A stretch of 64,000 nucleotides of DNA, taken from contig JAIBAJ010000005.1 of the NCBI GenBank assembly GCA_019695265.1, forward strand, positions 5,052 to 69,051, read 5' to 3'. A program made the position numbers and the translations under genes. This DNA comes from Bacteroidia bacterium. Its GTDB lineage: Bacteria; Bacteroidota; Bacteroidia; JAIBAJ01. How positions within the stretch are numbered: position 1 is the first letter of the stretch; each line of letters begins with the position of its first letter. The notes beneath the pieces are model-generated. The model had not been told where the DNA came from. It saw only the letters and a list, made by a program, of their open reading frames with translations, and searched no databases. Of this stretch, positions 1-9,176 are shown one piece after another.

Positions 1-322
1 GACCAATGAAAACACAAACAAGAAGGACTTAAAAAAACAGAATGGGACATCTTCGATTAACAGCAAAAATTAATCGATAGAAAATCGCTATAGGATGCTA
101 AATTAACCTAGAGCAAAAAATGAACCATGAACTTTTGATTTTTATTACCAATCGTAACAAATAATAATAAGAGAAAATAAAAAGCTTCAACCATCCTATT
201 ACCTATTAGTAATTCAATTAATCAAGACCAATAAATCAATACAAGATGAATAAACAAGCAGTAAACAGATGATGCTATTTAGAAGCATTCTAAACAAAAT
301 ATATAAAACACAGGTTTAATCC

Positions 323-871
323 TTATAGGATGCTAATTTTCCTAATTCCTCCAATCTTACCGATAATAGCCGAACCCAAAAAGACATCTTGAGGTGAAAA
401 AATTTTATGACAAACCAAGGGGTAAAATCTAACGATATTATGAATCTCCAATTTGAAACCGGATTGAATTTTTCCGCCCACCGATTCAAGAACCAAAAAA
501 TGGCCATTTTTCAAATTTTGCAAGAGTAGGGACTTGGATGAAGGGAACTCAAGGATGAATTTTTGACCTTCTTTAAGGTCTTCCAAGTCAAGGAATGAGA
601 TTTCATCAGGACTATTGTTCGGCCCTTGCTCCTGGTAACAAAACTCATCCCATGACGGGTAACCCAAAAGCCGAGAAAGCTGATCAAGCGTGTACAGATG
701 TGGTCTGGCAGAAGGTGAACTAAAGCCAAAAAGGCGTTTAAGAGTGCTTGAACTAATATTACAATTATAATTCTCCCTTAAATCTTTTGAGAGAAAATCA
801 CAATCTTTAGGATACCGCAAAGGGTACCCAACTCGGGATTCAATAAGTTTTTTAAGTTTTTCAATAATCAT
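323..871 (-). CDS. Small conserved protein with an HTH-like motif, function unknown. It is a paralog of 14682-15263 and is read divergently from the signalling operon.
   Basis: 182-aa ORF. About 60-65% identical to the 193-aa ORF at 14682-15263, sharing RYPKDCE..SKDLRE.YNCNISSSTLKRLFGFS.PSA.PHLYTLD..S..LGY.SWD.FC. The NISSSTLKRLFG stretch resembles an AraC-type HTH recognition helix. No signal peptide. Confidence 0.55.
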   Translation of the reverse strand: MIIEKLKKLIESRVGYPLRYPKDCDFLSKDLRENYNCNISSSTLKRLFGFSSPSARPHLYTLDQLSRLLGYPSWDEFCYQEQGPNNSPDEISFLDLEDLKEGQKFILEFPSSKSLLLQNLKNGHFLVLESVGGKIQSGFKLEIHNIVRFYPLVCHKIFSPQDVFLGSAIIGKIGGIRKISIL

Positions 872-1127
872 GGCAGGAGGCGAACATATTATAAAAAAAA
901 AATTGAATGCTAACAGCTAAAAAAAGAATTTTTTGAATTTTTTGCCTGTGCCTACAAGACTGATTTTAAACTCTCTTTGCTTAAAAATAATACTCGATAA
1001 AGGTATTACTTTATTTTAAAATTCTTTTTACCGGAAGAAAAACAAAACCGAAAATTGGAAAAACCCTTTACCATTACCATGGTTTAAACAATTTCAAACT
1101 GAAAACAACATAACAACATAATTTTCA

Positions 1128-1745
1128 ATGTATTATGAACAAATGTCGAACATAGAAAATGTTGCCACTCATATCGATGAGCTGCATGCAATTTCGACGA
1201 ATGGTCCGTATTATGATATAATTTCCATATTATATTTAAACCCGAAAGAGCTTCTATTTTCATCAATTAGTTTTGTGGCAGGAGTACTTATTGCCGGCTT
1301 GCTTTTTTTTGTTTTAAACTGGATTTTACAACCCAGTTTAAAAATCCAACGACCATGTGTGGTATTAAAAGAAGGATTATTAGATAAAATAATTGTGCCA
1401 ATTGTAAACAAATCTCTATACTATTCTTTAAAAAATATTAAAATTGAGGGATATATATTATATGAAAATCAAAAATTTGATTTAAAATTAGATAACAATT
1501 TTATTAAATCTATAAAATCATTAAGTACGGATGAATATCAATATATAATAAATGTTGAAGGTATAATTGAATATAAAAACAGGAATAGTGACATATCTAC
1601 ATCACTAAAAGATTATTCATATATAATTAATTCTCCAAACTCAATTTTAAGAATAATAGTATATTGTGAGCATAGTTTAAGTGGTCTTAAACGAATTATT
1701 AAAAAGAATTATCGTAGAATTTTATATAATTATCAGGAAGTTTAA
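1128..1745 (+). CDS. Single-pass membrane protein of unknown function, first gene of the signalling operon (distant paralog of 15402-16142)
   Basis: 205-aa ORF with one hydrophobic helix (LLFSSISFVAGVLIAGLLFFVLNWIL). Its C-terminus IINSPNSILRIIVYCEHSLSGLKRIIKKNYRRILYNYQEV matches LLNSPNTILKIKVIAKHKMSGICLSIEKKYRKIIHNYYEI in the 15402-16142 ORF. Its stop is 2 nt before the kinase start codon. Very AT-rich. Confidence 0.5.
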   Translation: MYYEQMSNIENVATHIDELHAISTNGPYYDIISILYLNPKELLFSSISFVAGVLIAGLLFFVLNWILQPSLKIQRPCVVLKEGLLDKIIVPIVNKSLYYSLKNIKIEGYILYENQKFDLKLDNNFIKSIKSLSTDEYQYIINVEGIIEYKNRNSDISTSLKDYSYIINSPNSILRIIVYCEHSLSGLKRIIKKNYRRILYNYQEV

Positions 1746-1747
1746 TT

Positions 1748-3502
1748 ATGGATTTCCACAAACTATTATTTAGACAATACAAAAAGTATAATTTATCGGA
1801 AAATAACACACCTCCGGATTTTATTTCGGAGGTAAATAAAACCTATAATTCATTTGAAGAAAGAATACGGTTATTAGAAAATATTCTGGAGGTTAATCAA
1901 AAGGAGTTACTGAGAACGAACTCAGAATTAAAACGAGTACTGCTTGAACAAGAGCTCGAAATTGACAGGAACATCCATGAAATAAGAACTTCAAGGAATA
2001 ACCTGGAAGAATCAAAAACTCAATTGCTAGCTGTTTTTTCAGCCATTGATTCCGTTGTAATATCAACCAATGAAAGTGGAATTATAAAATTCGTAAGTCC
2101 TTCAATTAAAAAGCAGTTCGGACTGGAAATTCATCAAGTTGTAGGCCTAGACATTACTTCATTAGCAAGAAGAATTGGGTTAGCAATTAATCCATTTGAA
2201 ACACTAAAAAATGATCAAAGTCTCGAATTTACTTCAGAAAGTGGTGAAAAGCATTTCCAATTACGCTTAAATACCGATAATCCGGAAAGTAAAAACCTGG
2301 TTTACTCCATCATGGACATTACAAGTGACAAAAACTTACGCTTACAAGTTGAAGGGCAAAAGGAATTCTATGAAAGTATACTGGAGAATATACCGGCTGA
2401 TGTTGCACTATTTACAAAGGACCATCGGTATATTTATTTGAACTCTAAAGCCGTTAAGAATCCCGAATTAAGGCAATTAATAATTGGAAAAACGGATTTT
2501 GAATACTTTCAGGCTACAAATCGCAGCGTTGAGAAAGCCATTGAAAGAGAAGCAATTTTTCAGGAGGCCATACAAAAGAGAAGCTATGTTGAATTTGATG
2601 ACCGACTGGTAGATGCAAATGGGAAACAAAAGACACTAAAACGTCGCTTTACCCCTTTCTTAAAACCGGAATATCAGGAAGATTATGTGATGGGGTTCGG
2701 TATTGACGTTACAGAATTGTATGAGATACAAGCCCATTTGAAGGAAAATGAACAAAAAATAAAAGAACTGAACAACAGTTTGGAACAAAAGGTTATTGAA
2801 AGGACCCGGGAATTGCAGATTGCCAATAAGGAAATGGAATCCTTTTCCTATTCCGTTTCACATGACTTAAAATCACCACTTCGGGCTATTCAGGGGTATG
2901 CCAACATTTTAAATGAAGAATACAAACAATTCATTGATACAGAAGGGCACCGCTTTTTGGAAGAAGTAATAAAAAATGCGGATCGAATGACCCATTTAAT
3001 TGATTCTCTTTTGTCCTTTTCACGATTAGGTAAAAAAGAAGTACATAAGGTAATTTTCAGTTTAGACGAATTGGTAAGTTCAATGGTGGAGGAGGAAAAG
3101 CCATTTCCCAACCCAAATTCAGTTTTACAAATTGAACCCTTAGGAAATGCTTATGCAGACCCGGATTTATTGAGACAGGTATTGACAAATTTGATCAGCA
3201 ATGCATTAAAATATTCATCCAAGAAAGAAAAACCAACAGTCGAAATCAAGAGCATTGCGAATGGCGATGAACTTGAAGTTATTGTAAAAGACAATGGGGC
3301 CGGTTTCAATATGGATTATTACGATAAATTATTCGGTGTATTTCAACGCCTGCACTCCGACAAAGAGTTTCAAGGCACAGGTGTTGGACTGGCACTTACC
3401 CAAAAAATTATTACCAAACACGGAGGAAGAATCTGGGCAACATCCGAGCCCGGAAATGGCGCCGTATTTCATTTTACACTACCTCAAAAACAACAACAAT
3501 GA
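1748..3502 (+). CDS. Soluble sensor histidine kinase with coiled-coil, PAS, HisKA and HATPase_c domains
   Basis: 584 aa with no TM segment. H-box SHDLKSPLRAIQGY, N-box NLISNALKYS, G-boxes DNGAGF and GTGVGLAL. PAS-like segments in the N-terminal half. Overlaps the next gene by 4 nt (ATGA). Confidence 0.85.
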   Translation: MDFHKLLFRQYKKYNLSENNTPPDFISEVNKTYNSFEERIRLLENILEVNQKELLRTNSELKRVLLEQELEIDRNIHEIRTSRNNLEESKTQLLAVFSAIDSVVISTNESGIIKFVSPSIKKQFGLEIHQVVGLDITSLARRIGLAINPFETLKNDQSLEFTSESGEKHFQLRLNTDNPESKNLVYSIMDITSDKNLRLQVEGQKEFYESILENIPADVALFTKDHRYIYLNSKAVKNPELRQLIIGKTDFEYFQATNRSVEKAIEREAIFQEAIQKRSYVEFDDRLVDANGKQKTLKRRFTPFLKPEYQEDYVMGFGIDVTELYEIQAHLKENEQKIKELNNSLEQKVIERTRELQIANKEMESFSYSVSHDLKSPLRAIQGYANILNEEYKQFIDTEGHRFLEEVIKNADRMTHLIDSLLSFSRLGKKEVHKVIFSLDELVSSMVEEEKPFPNPNSVLQIEPLGNAYADPDLLRQVLTNLISNALKYSSKKEKPTVEIKSIANGDELEVIVKDNGAGFNMDYYDKLFGVFQRLHSDKEFQGTGVGLALTQKIITKHGGRIWATSEPGNGAVFHFTLPQKQQQ

Positions 3503-3945
3503 ATCAAATTGAAACCATAGATATTCTGCTAGTAGAAGATAATTTTAATGATGCAGAACTGGCACTAAGAGTTTTGAAAAAAAACTTTCCATCCAGAAAA
3601 TTAGTTCACCTAGAAGATGGTGAACAAGTGCTTGATTATTTTAATCTTAGACAGAATCAACCAAATACCTACCACCATTCCATACTACCGAAAGTAATTT
3701 TACTTGATTTAAAGATGCCCAAAATCGATGGACTTCAGGTTTTGGAAATCCTTAAAAAAGATAATGAATTAAAGAAAATTCCAATTGTTGTATTAACCTC
3801 ATCCAAAGAAGACCCGGACCTCAAACGCTGCTATGAACTTGGTGTTAACTCCTATATTGTTAAACCCGTTGAATTTAAAGAATTTATGCAAATTATTTCT
3901 CAAATAGGCGTGTATTGGGTAAACTATAACCAAAAGCCAAATTAA
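3499..3945 (+). CDS. Stand-alone CheY-like response regulator receiver domain
   Basis: 148 aa. ILLVEDNFNDAE ... ILLDLKMPKIDGL ... IVVLTSSKE ... YIVKP is a typical REC fold signature with no output domain. Confidence 0.85.
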   Translation: MNQIETIDILLVEDNFNDAELALRVLKKNFPSRKLVHLEDGEQVLDYFNLRQNQPNTYHHSILPKVILLDLKMPKIDGLQVLEILKKDNELKKIPIVVLTSSKEDPDLKRCYELGVNSYIVKPVEFKEFMQIISQIGVYWVNYNQKPN

Positions 3946-3950
3946 GAATT

Positions 3951-5933
3951 ATGAAGGTATTGCATATTGAAGATAACGAATCTGATTCCTTTTTCATAAA
4001 ACGTTTGCTCGCTGTACACTTTAGTGATTTGGATTACAAACTTGTTGAAGACCTGGATGAATTTAAAACAAGTCTTAATGATTTCCAACCCGATGTTGTT
4101 ATTTCCGATCATAAATTAAAGGGATTTACCTCCAAAGAAGTTTATGTTGCTTTTAAAGACAGCTGGCAAAAATGTCCATTTATACTGGTTACCAATGCTA
4201 TATCGGAGGAGTTTGCGGTAGAAACCTTGCGTAACGGAGTAGACGATTATATTCTAAAGGACCGTTTGGAACGTTTACCAAAATCCATTGAAAATCTATT
4301 AGCAAAATACCAATGGGTTGCAGAAAAAGATGAATATATCAAGCAAATTATTGAAAGTGAAATTCGGTACAAGGATTTACTTCATTCTACTTCGGAGTTA
4401 ATTCACAGTGCCGATGAAAATGGCAATATTCTATTTGTGAACGAAAGTTGGAAACGAGTATTAGGCTATACATTAAGGGAGGTGTTAGCAAAGAACATCT
4501 TTGACTTTCTTGAAAACAACTCGAAAATTTCTTGCCTTAGCAAATTTCAGCGCATCATGAAGGGGGAAAAGGTCGAAAATATGAGATTAAAGATGATTTC
4601 CAAGGATGGATCGGTGAAAATTTTGGAAGGAATGGGAGTGCCACGCTTGCTTGGAAATAACGTTATTGGATCCCATGCATTTTTTAAAGACGTCACCGAA
4701 AAAGAAAATATTCAGTCTGAACTGGAAAAAAGTGAAAAGCGCTATGCCCTGGCCATTGATGCAACTGCCGATGGAATAATTGATTTCAATATCAAGGAAA
4801 ATAGTTTTTACTTGTCGGTTCATAGTTTTGACATATTAAATCAAAACAACAGACAAATCTCACTTTCGAATTTGTCAGAAATTATTCCGCCTTCCTTTTA
4901 CCAATGGATTAAAGGTCTTTTGGAATCCGATAATAATTTACAAAAAAAATTAAGTTTCGATCAGGATATACAATTAAACATAAATTCGGACAAATGGATT
5001 AACATCAAAGCCGGATTTAACCCTTCAGACTTTCGAATAAATGGCTCTATAAGGGACATTACGGACAAAAAAATTCAGGAAATCGAAATTCAAAACCTGA
5101 ATAAAGAACTTGAACAAAAGGTTGAAATAAGAACCTTGGAATTAAAATCCGCCATTAAGTTATTAACCCATAAAAACAAGGAAATTCAGGATAGTATTGT
5201 TTATGCAAAACGAATCCACAATGCCTTATTAACCATTCCGGTAGACTTTAGTGAACTATTTCCTAATTCATTTATAATCAACCAGCCTAAAGAGCTTATT
5301 GGTGGGGATTTTGCTTGGTATCAACAATTAGATGATTGTAAATTTGTTGCTGCAGTAGATTGCACCGGACATGGTGTTCCCGGTGCCTTATTGTCGGTTG
5401 TGGCCACCATTCTTTTGGATGAAGCTGTAATTAAACAAAAAATTATCAACCCGTCCGAGATTCTGGGCTTTGTTAACAATCGACTAAACATCCTATTCAG
5501 AAACTCAGCCGAAGTTATTTCGGATGGTATGGATATTGCCCTCTGTACTATCTGTGAAAAGGAAAATCTGGTGCTATTTTCTGGTGCTCAAAGACCCATT
5601 TATCAGGAATCGAACGGGGTTATTACCAAGCGATTAGGAGATAAAATTTCGTTGGGCCAAACTGAAACACAAAAATCATTTGCAGTGCAGGAAATAAAGT
5701 ATTTGCCCGGTGATATGTTGTATTTGTTTTCAGATGGAATAACCAGTCAGTTTGGTGGTCCGGAAGGCAAAAAAATCAGGAGGCAACAGTTTATGGAAGA
5801 GCTGGAAAGTATTTCAGGCAAACCAAACAAGCAAGAATTAATAACGGATTTTTTTGAGAAATGGAAAGGCGATATGGAACAAACTGATGATGTGCTCATT
5901 CTGGGTATAAAACTTAACAAAGCGGTAATATGA
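3951..5933 (+). CDS. Response-regulator receiver, PAS and PP2C-type (SpoIIE/RsbU-like) serine phosphatase fusion
   Basis: 660 aa. N-terminal REC (MKVLHIEDNESD ... DVVISDHKL ... FILVTN). Central PAS and coiled-coil region. C-terminal PP2C signature GGDFAW..AAVDCTGHGVPGALLSVV, DGMDIAL, LFSDG and DDVLILGIK. About 65% identical to the 17045-19021 ORF. Confidence 0.85.
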   Translation: MKVLHIEDNESDSFFIKRLLAVHFSDLDYKLVEDLDEFKTSLNDFQPDVVISDHKLKGFTSKEVYVAFKDSWQKCPFILVTNAISEEFAVETLRNGVDDYILKDRLERLPKSIENLLAKYQWVAEKDEYIKQIIESEIRYKDLLHSTSELIHSADENGNILFVNESWKRVLGYTLREVLAKNIFDFLENNSKISCLSKFQRIMKGEKVENMRLKMISKDGSVKILEGMGVPRLLGNNVIGSHAFFKDVTEKENIQSELEKSEKRYALAIDATADGIIDFNIKENSFYLSVHSFDILNQNNRQISLSNLSEIIPPSFYQWIKGLLESDNNLQKKLSFDQDIQLNINSDKWINIKAGFNPSDFRINGSIRDITDKKIQEIEIQNLNKELEQKVEIRTLELKSAIKLLTHKNKEIQDSIVYAKRIHNALLTIPVDFSELFPNSFIINQPKELIGGDFAWYQQLDDCKFVAAVDCTGHGVPGALLSVVATILLDEAVIKQKIINPSEILGFVNNRLNILFRNSAEVISDGMDIALCTICEKENLVLFSGAQRPIYQESNGVITKRLGDKISLGQTETQKSFAVQEIKYLPGDMLYLFSDGITSQFGGPEGKKIRRQQFMEELESISGKPNKQELITDFFEKWKGDMEQTDDVLILGIKLNKAVI

Positions 5934-6537
5934 TAGGAGTAGTGTCTTTGTCGATGGTTAACAAGCATGAACCGTTTACATTCACCCCTATCTATCATTT
6001 GTGGAAAATACACCCCTAATCTTTGGCATTGTAATCAGTGTCGAATGAAATAGCCGTTTCAATATTACACATTTTCCTTGCCAAAATGCTATATTGTCAT
6101 GGCTGATTTTTCCAGAAATTTCCATGTAAAGTCCTTAATTATCAAGCGAAAATACATTCCCTCGCAACCCATTTTAAACCATTCGGCAGCTTACTTGGCC
6201 GAATTCATTTCCATCAACGACTATTCATTCTTCTAATCACACTAGCTATTACCACTTGGTCAGTCTGACTATTTTGGAAAAATGAATTCCTCTGCAATTT
6301 TGCAAAATTTCTCCCGACCAGCAATACCACTAATTTCGAATACCACCACTTAATAAAGCCTTTGGCAAATTCCTTTAGGTATTTGTTATTGGTTTCACCG
6401 ACCCCTAATTTTTAACTTAATCATTTCTTGAAATGGTAGCATTTGAACCAAGTTATGAAAGCACTAGAAAGCTTAGCCAGTAATTCTAACCTCACCGCAA
6501 CGACTCGATTAACAAGTTTGAATTTAAACCTATTATT

Positions 6538-6628
6538 CCAATGATATTTGAAATAGTCCAAAACCTATTTTGAAAATTATCGTAGTAAACGCCTATGCAA
6601 AAGCTGTTTAGGCCAATTATTGCCATGT
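6538..6628 (+). repeat. Repeat S copy 1 (about 90 nt, roughly 75% identical to 45718-45812, same orientation)
   Basis: CCAATGATATTTGAAATAGTCCAAAACCTATTTTGAAAATTATCGTAGTAAACGCCTATGCAAAAGCTGTTTAGGCCAATTATTGCCATG against CCAATGTTATTTGAAAAATATTCCAAGAACTAGTTTGAAAATTACAGTGGTAAATGCCGATGCAATAGCTGTTTGGCAGTTTTGGCATGCAT. Confidence 0.6.
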
Positions 6629-6750
6629 AAAATTGGACAATTAAAGATAAAACAAACATTTTCGCATCTTTACCACATGAACCTTTTAACGCTGCTATTC
6701 CAACTTGATTTATCCCAATCCATTGAGGAAAATTAGGAATACCTGGTGTT

Positions 6751-6925
6751 GCGGAGATTTCAATTGCTGCGAAAGCTATTAGAAAGCACCATGCTAATTA
6801 CCTGCACCGCCACGTATAGCTTGCACCCGGGTTAGGGATTGCAGTGGAAATCCTTTTTGTCGAGGTTACGAGCAAAAAGATTGGAACGGAAAGCCCGACC
6901 CGTTAGGGGAACCCCCAAAAAAAAC
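6751..6925 (+). repeat. Repeat R2 copy 1 (about 175 nt), near-identical inverted copy at 45950-46128
   Basis: The reverse complement of 6751-6925 matches 45950-46128 at about 95% identity (..CTTTCGCAGCAATTGAAATCTCCG at one end, GGGGTTCCCCTAACGGGTCGGGCTTTCCGTTCC at the other). The internal block TTGCACCCGGGTTAGGGATTGC resembles the R1 5' block TTGCACCCCGGGCAACGATTGAGG. Confidence 0.75.
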
Positions 6926-7170
6926 AGGATTAAACCTTATTCGGAAATAAGATAAACAGCCAAACTAGCAGATTTTGAAACTTAAACCAAGAGTATATAA
7001 ACGATATACCTCTACCCTTACTGATTAGTGGCTTTTAGGGTGCATCATGGCACCTGTTCCATTGGTTATGCTACTTGTTCACCTTTATTCCATTTCCAAT
7101 TCATAAATCCCATTCGTTACCCGTTAGAAATAACCGATTGAAACAGGGTTTAAAGTATATTCGCACGGCA

Positions 7171-8253
7171 ATGAAAAGTAAGCTGCTTATTCTGCTTTTG
7201 GGTTTGGTTTGGGCGAATATGCTCCACGGTCAAACCTATTCTAATTTGTCGCTGGCAGCAGGTGGCCATTGGGGATTTTTACTCTATCACCATAAAAATA
7301 TGCGAGGTATGGCAACTTCGCACATTAAGGCCATGGAACTGGAACTGGGCTTTCGCTGCGATGGGAAAAAAAATTGGCATCATTTGTATCGTTTTCCTCA
7401 GTATGGAGCCAGTCTAACCATTTTTAACCTGGGTAGTCCGGATTACCTGGGAACTGGTATTGCTTTGTATCCATTTATTAAATTTCCATTGGCCGGTGGC
7501 AAATTTTATCAGTTGCATTTTAGAACCGGAGCCGGTTTAGGATATGTGGAAAAAATTTTTGAAATAAACCAAAACAACAAAGCCACTGCCATAGGCTCTC
7601 ATTTAAATGCCTATATCAATTTACGCCTAAGCAGCTACATACGTCTTTACAAAAGCTTGGTTCTTGACTTCGGATTAGGCTTATCCCATTTTTCGAACGG
7701 TGGTAGCAAGAAACCTAATCGGGGGATTAATGTTCCAACGGTGAATTTAAGTTTGGTATATGAAGTAGGACATGGAAAGGAAGTAAAGAAAGATACCAGC
7801 CGGTATATTTTTCAAAAGCATAGAGTGTTTATGATACTCAGCGGTGGATTTGCCCAGCTTTCTAAACCTGGGGGAAGTACGTATGGCGCTGCCTCCCTGC
7901 AAACTTTTTATGATTTTAGACCAACCGTTAAATCCAGCTTTGGTGCAGGTTTGGATTTAATGTATTTCGAAGGCAACCGGGAAAAATTCCGCCGCGATTC
8001 GGTTCAGGTAGGCAGTCCCCTGGAGAATATTCAGGTGGGTGGAAAGGTGTTTTATCAATTTAACATGCACCGCTTGATGGTTCCGATTGAGTTTGGTTTT
8101 TATGCCTATTCTAAAAACAAATCGGTTGGTTTCATGTATCATCGAATTGGATTACGATACCAGGTTAGTAAGCACCTGCTGTTTAACCTTACACTAAAAA
8201 CCCATTTTGCAGTTGCTGAATACATTGAATGGGGATTGGGCTGGAAATTTTAA
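7171..8253 (+). CDS. Secreted outer-membrane protein, probably of the acyloxyacyl hydrolase / lipid A deacylase (PagL-like) family
   Basis: Signal peptide MKSKLLILLLGLVWANMLHGQ begins at the second in-frame ATG, so the upstream 32 codons of the ORF were trimmed. The motif GLGLSHFSNGG resembles the His/Ser catalytic motif of the PagL family. Beta-strand-rich composition. Confidence 0.45.
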   Translation: MKSKLLILLLGLVWANMLHGQTYSNLSLAAGGHWGFLLYHHKNMRGMATSHIKAMELELGFRCDGKKNWHHLYRFPQYGASLTIFNLGSPDYLGTGIALYPFIKFPLAGGKFYQLHFRTGAGLGYVEKIFEINQNNKATAIGSHLNAYINLRLSSYIRLYKSLVLDFGLGLSHFSNGGSKKPNRGINVPTVNLSLVYEVGHGKEVKKDTSRYIFQKHRVFMILSGGFAQLSKPGGSTYGAASLQTFYDFRPTVKSSFGAGLDLMYFEGNREKFRRDSVQVGSPLENIQVGGKVFYQFNMHRLMVPIEFGFYAYSKNKSVGFMYHRIGLRYQVSKHLLFNLTLKTHFAVAEYIEWGLGWKF

Positions 8254-8280
8254 AGTGTTCGACCATGCTTTTTTGTTTCT

Positions 8281-8955
8281 TTGTGCATGGTTGAAGCGGT
8301 TTTATACGATATGGATGGGCTTATTGCCGATACCGAACCATTGTGGCAAGAGTCGGAAATAAAAGTTTTTAATGCAATTGGGGTTCCCTTAACTCGCGAA
8401 CTTTGCCGCCAGGTAATGGGTCAACGCTTAGACGAAGTTGTAAAGTACTGGTATCAGCAATTTCCCTGGGATGGAAAGGACTTAAAAGCAGTGGAGAATG
8501 AGGTAATAGAGGAATTGCTTTGGTTAATTGAAACCAGGGCTGAATTATTACCCGGGGTTGCCAATTCATTGGAGTGGGTAGAAAAAATGGGATTGAAACG
8601 AGCTGTAGCTTCTTCCTCTTCCCTTCGTATTATTCAACAACTGCTTAAAAAGGTGGGAATACGTTCCAAGTTCGAAACCATTTGTTCGGCTGAATTTGAG
8701 CCTTATGGCAAACCTCACCCCGGTATTTTTTTAACTGCAGCCAAACAACTTGGGGTTTTACCTTCCAACTGTTTGGTATTGGAAGATAGTGTAAATGGCG
8801 TTATTGCAGGTAAAGCAGCCCGAATGAAGGTGTTTGCTGTTCCTGACCGTGAAATGGCAGCCGACCCCAGGTTTTGCCTTGCTGATGCTATTCTCCAAAA
8901 TTTGAATCAATTGGAAGAAACAGCTAGCCGGCTTTATGGGATTCGTCCTTCTTAG
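8281..8955 (+). CDS. hxpB: HAD-IA family sugar-phosphate phosphatase (HxpB/YniC-like)
   Basis: The DMDGLIADTEPLW motif I and a C-terminal LEDSVNGVIAGKAARMKVFAVP block match E. coli YniC/HxpB along the whole length. Confidence 0.8.
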   Translation: MCMVEAVLYDMDGLIADTEPLWQESEIKVFNAIGVPLTRELCRQVMGQRLDEVVKYWYQQFPWDGKDLKAVENEVIEELLWLIETRAELLPGVANSLEWVEKMGLKRAVASSSSLRIIQQLLKKVGIRSKFETICSAEFEPYGKPHPGIFLTAAKQLGVLPSNCLVLEDSVNGVIAGKAARMKVFAVPDREMAADPRFCLADAILQNLNQLEETASRLYGIRPS

Positions 8956-9154
8956 CTTGGTTGCCCAAACTTTTTTCAGCATTTTGTCTTTGCTTTTTCC
9001 GAACAGCATACATTACTCCTGCAATAAAAGTAAACACAAACAGGTACCAATTCCGTTCTATACCTGTTCGGGAGGATTCATAGGTTCCTAAAATCAAGCA
9101 TCCGATGGCTACTATGACCCACATGATTTCACTAATTCGCATCAATTTTAACAT
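8924..9154 (-). CDS. Small two-TM membrane protein (hypothetical)
   Basis: 76 aa with two hydrophobic helices (IMWVIVAIGCLILGTY and YLFVFTFIAGVMYAV) and a basic C-terminal tail. Overlaps the 3' end of the HAD gene convergently. Confidence 0.35.
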   Translation of the reverse strand: MLKLMRISEIMWVIVAIGCLILGTYESSRTGIERNWYLFVFTFIAGVMYAVRKKQRQNAEKSLGNQAKKDESHKAG

Positions 9155-9176
9155 GGCTTTTGGTTTTTGTTTGGAA

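Noticed and set aside
88-337. Direct repeat TATAGGATGCTAA at 88-101 and 325-337
   Set aside because: Only 13 nt, in an AT-rich region. The second copy overlaps the 3' end of a CDS. Likely chance.
7075-7170. N-terminal 32 codons of the 7075-8253 ORF
   Set aside because: The signal peptide begins at the second Met (MKSKLLILLLG). The upstream extension is not hydrophobic and is probably untranslated.
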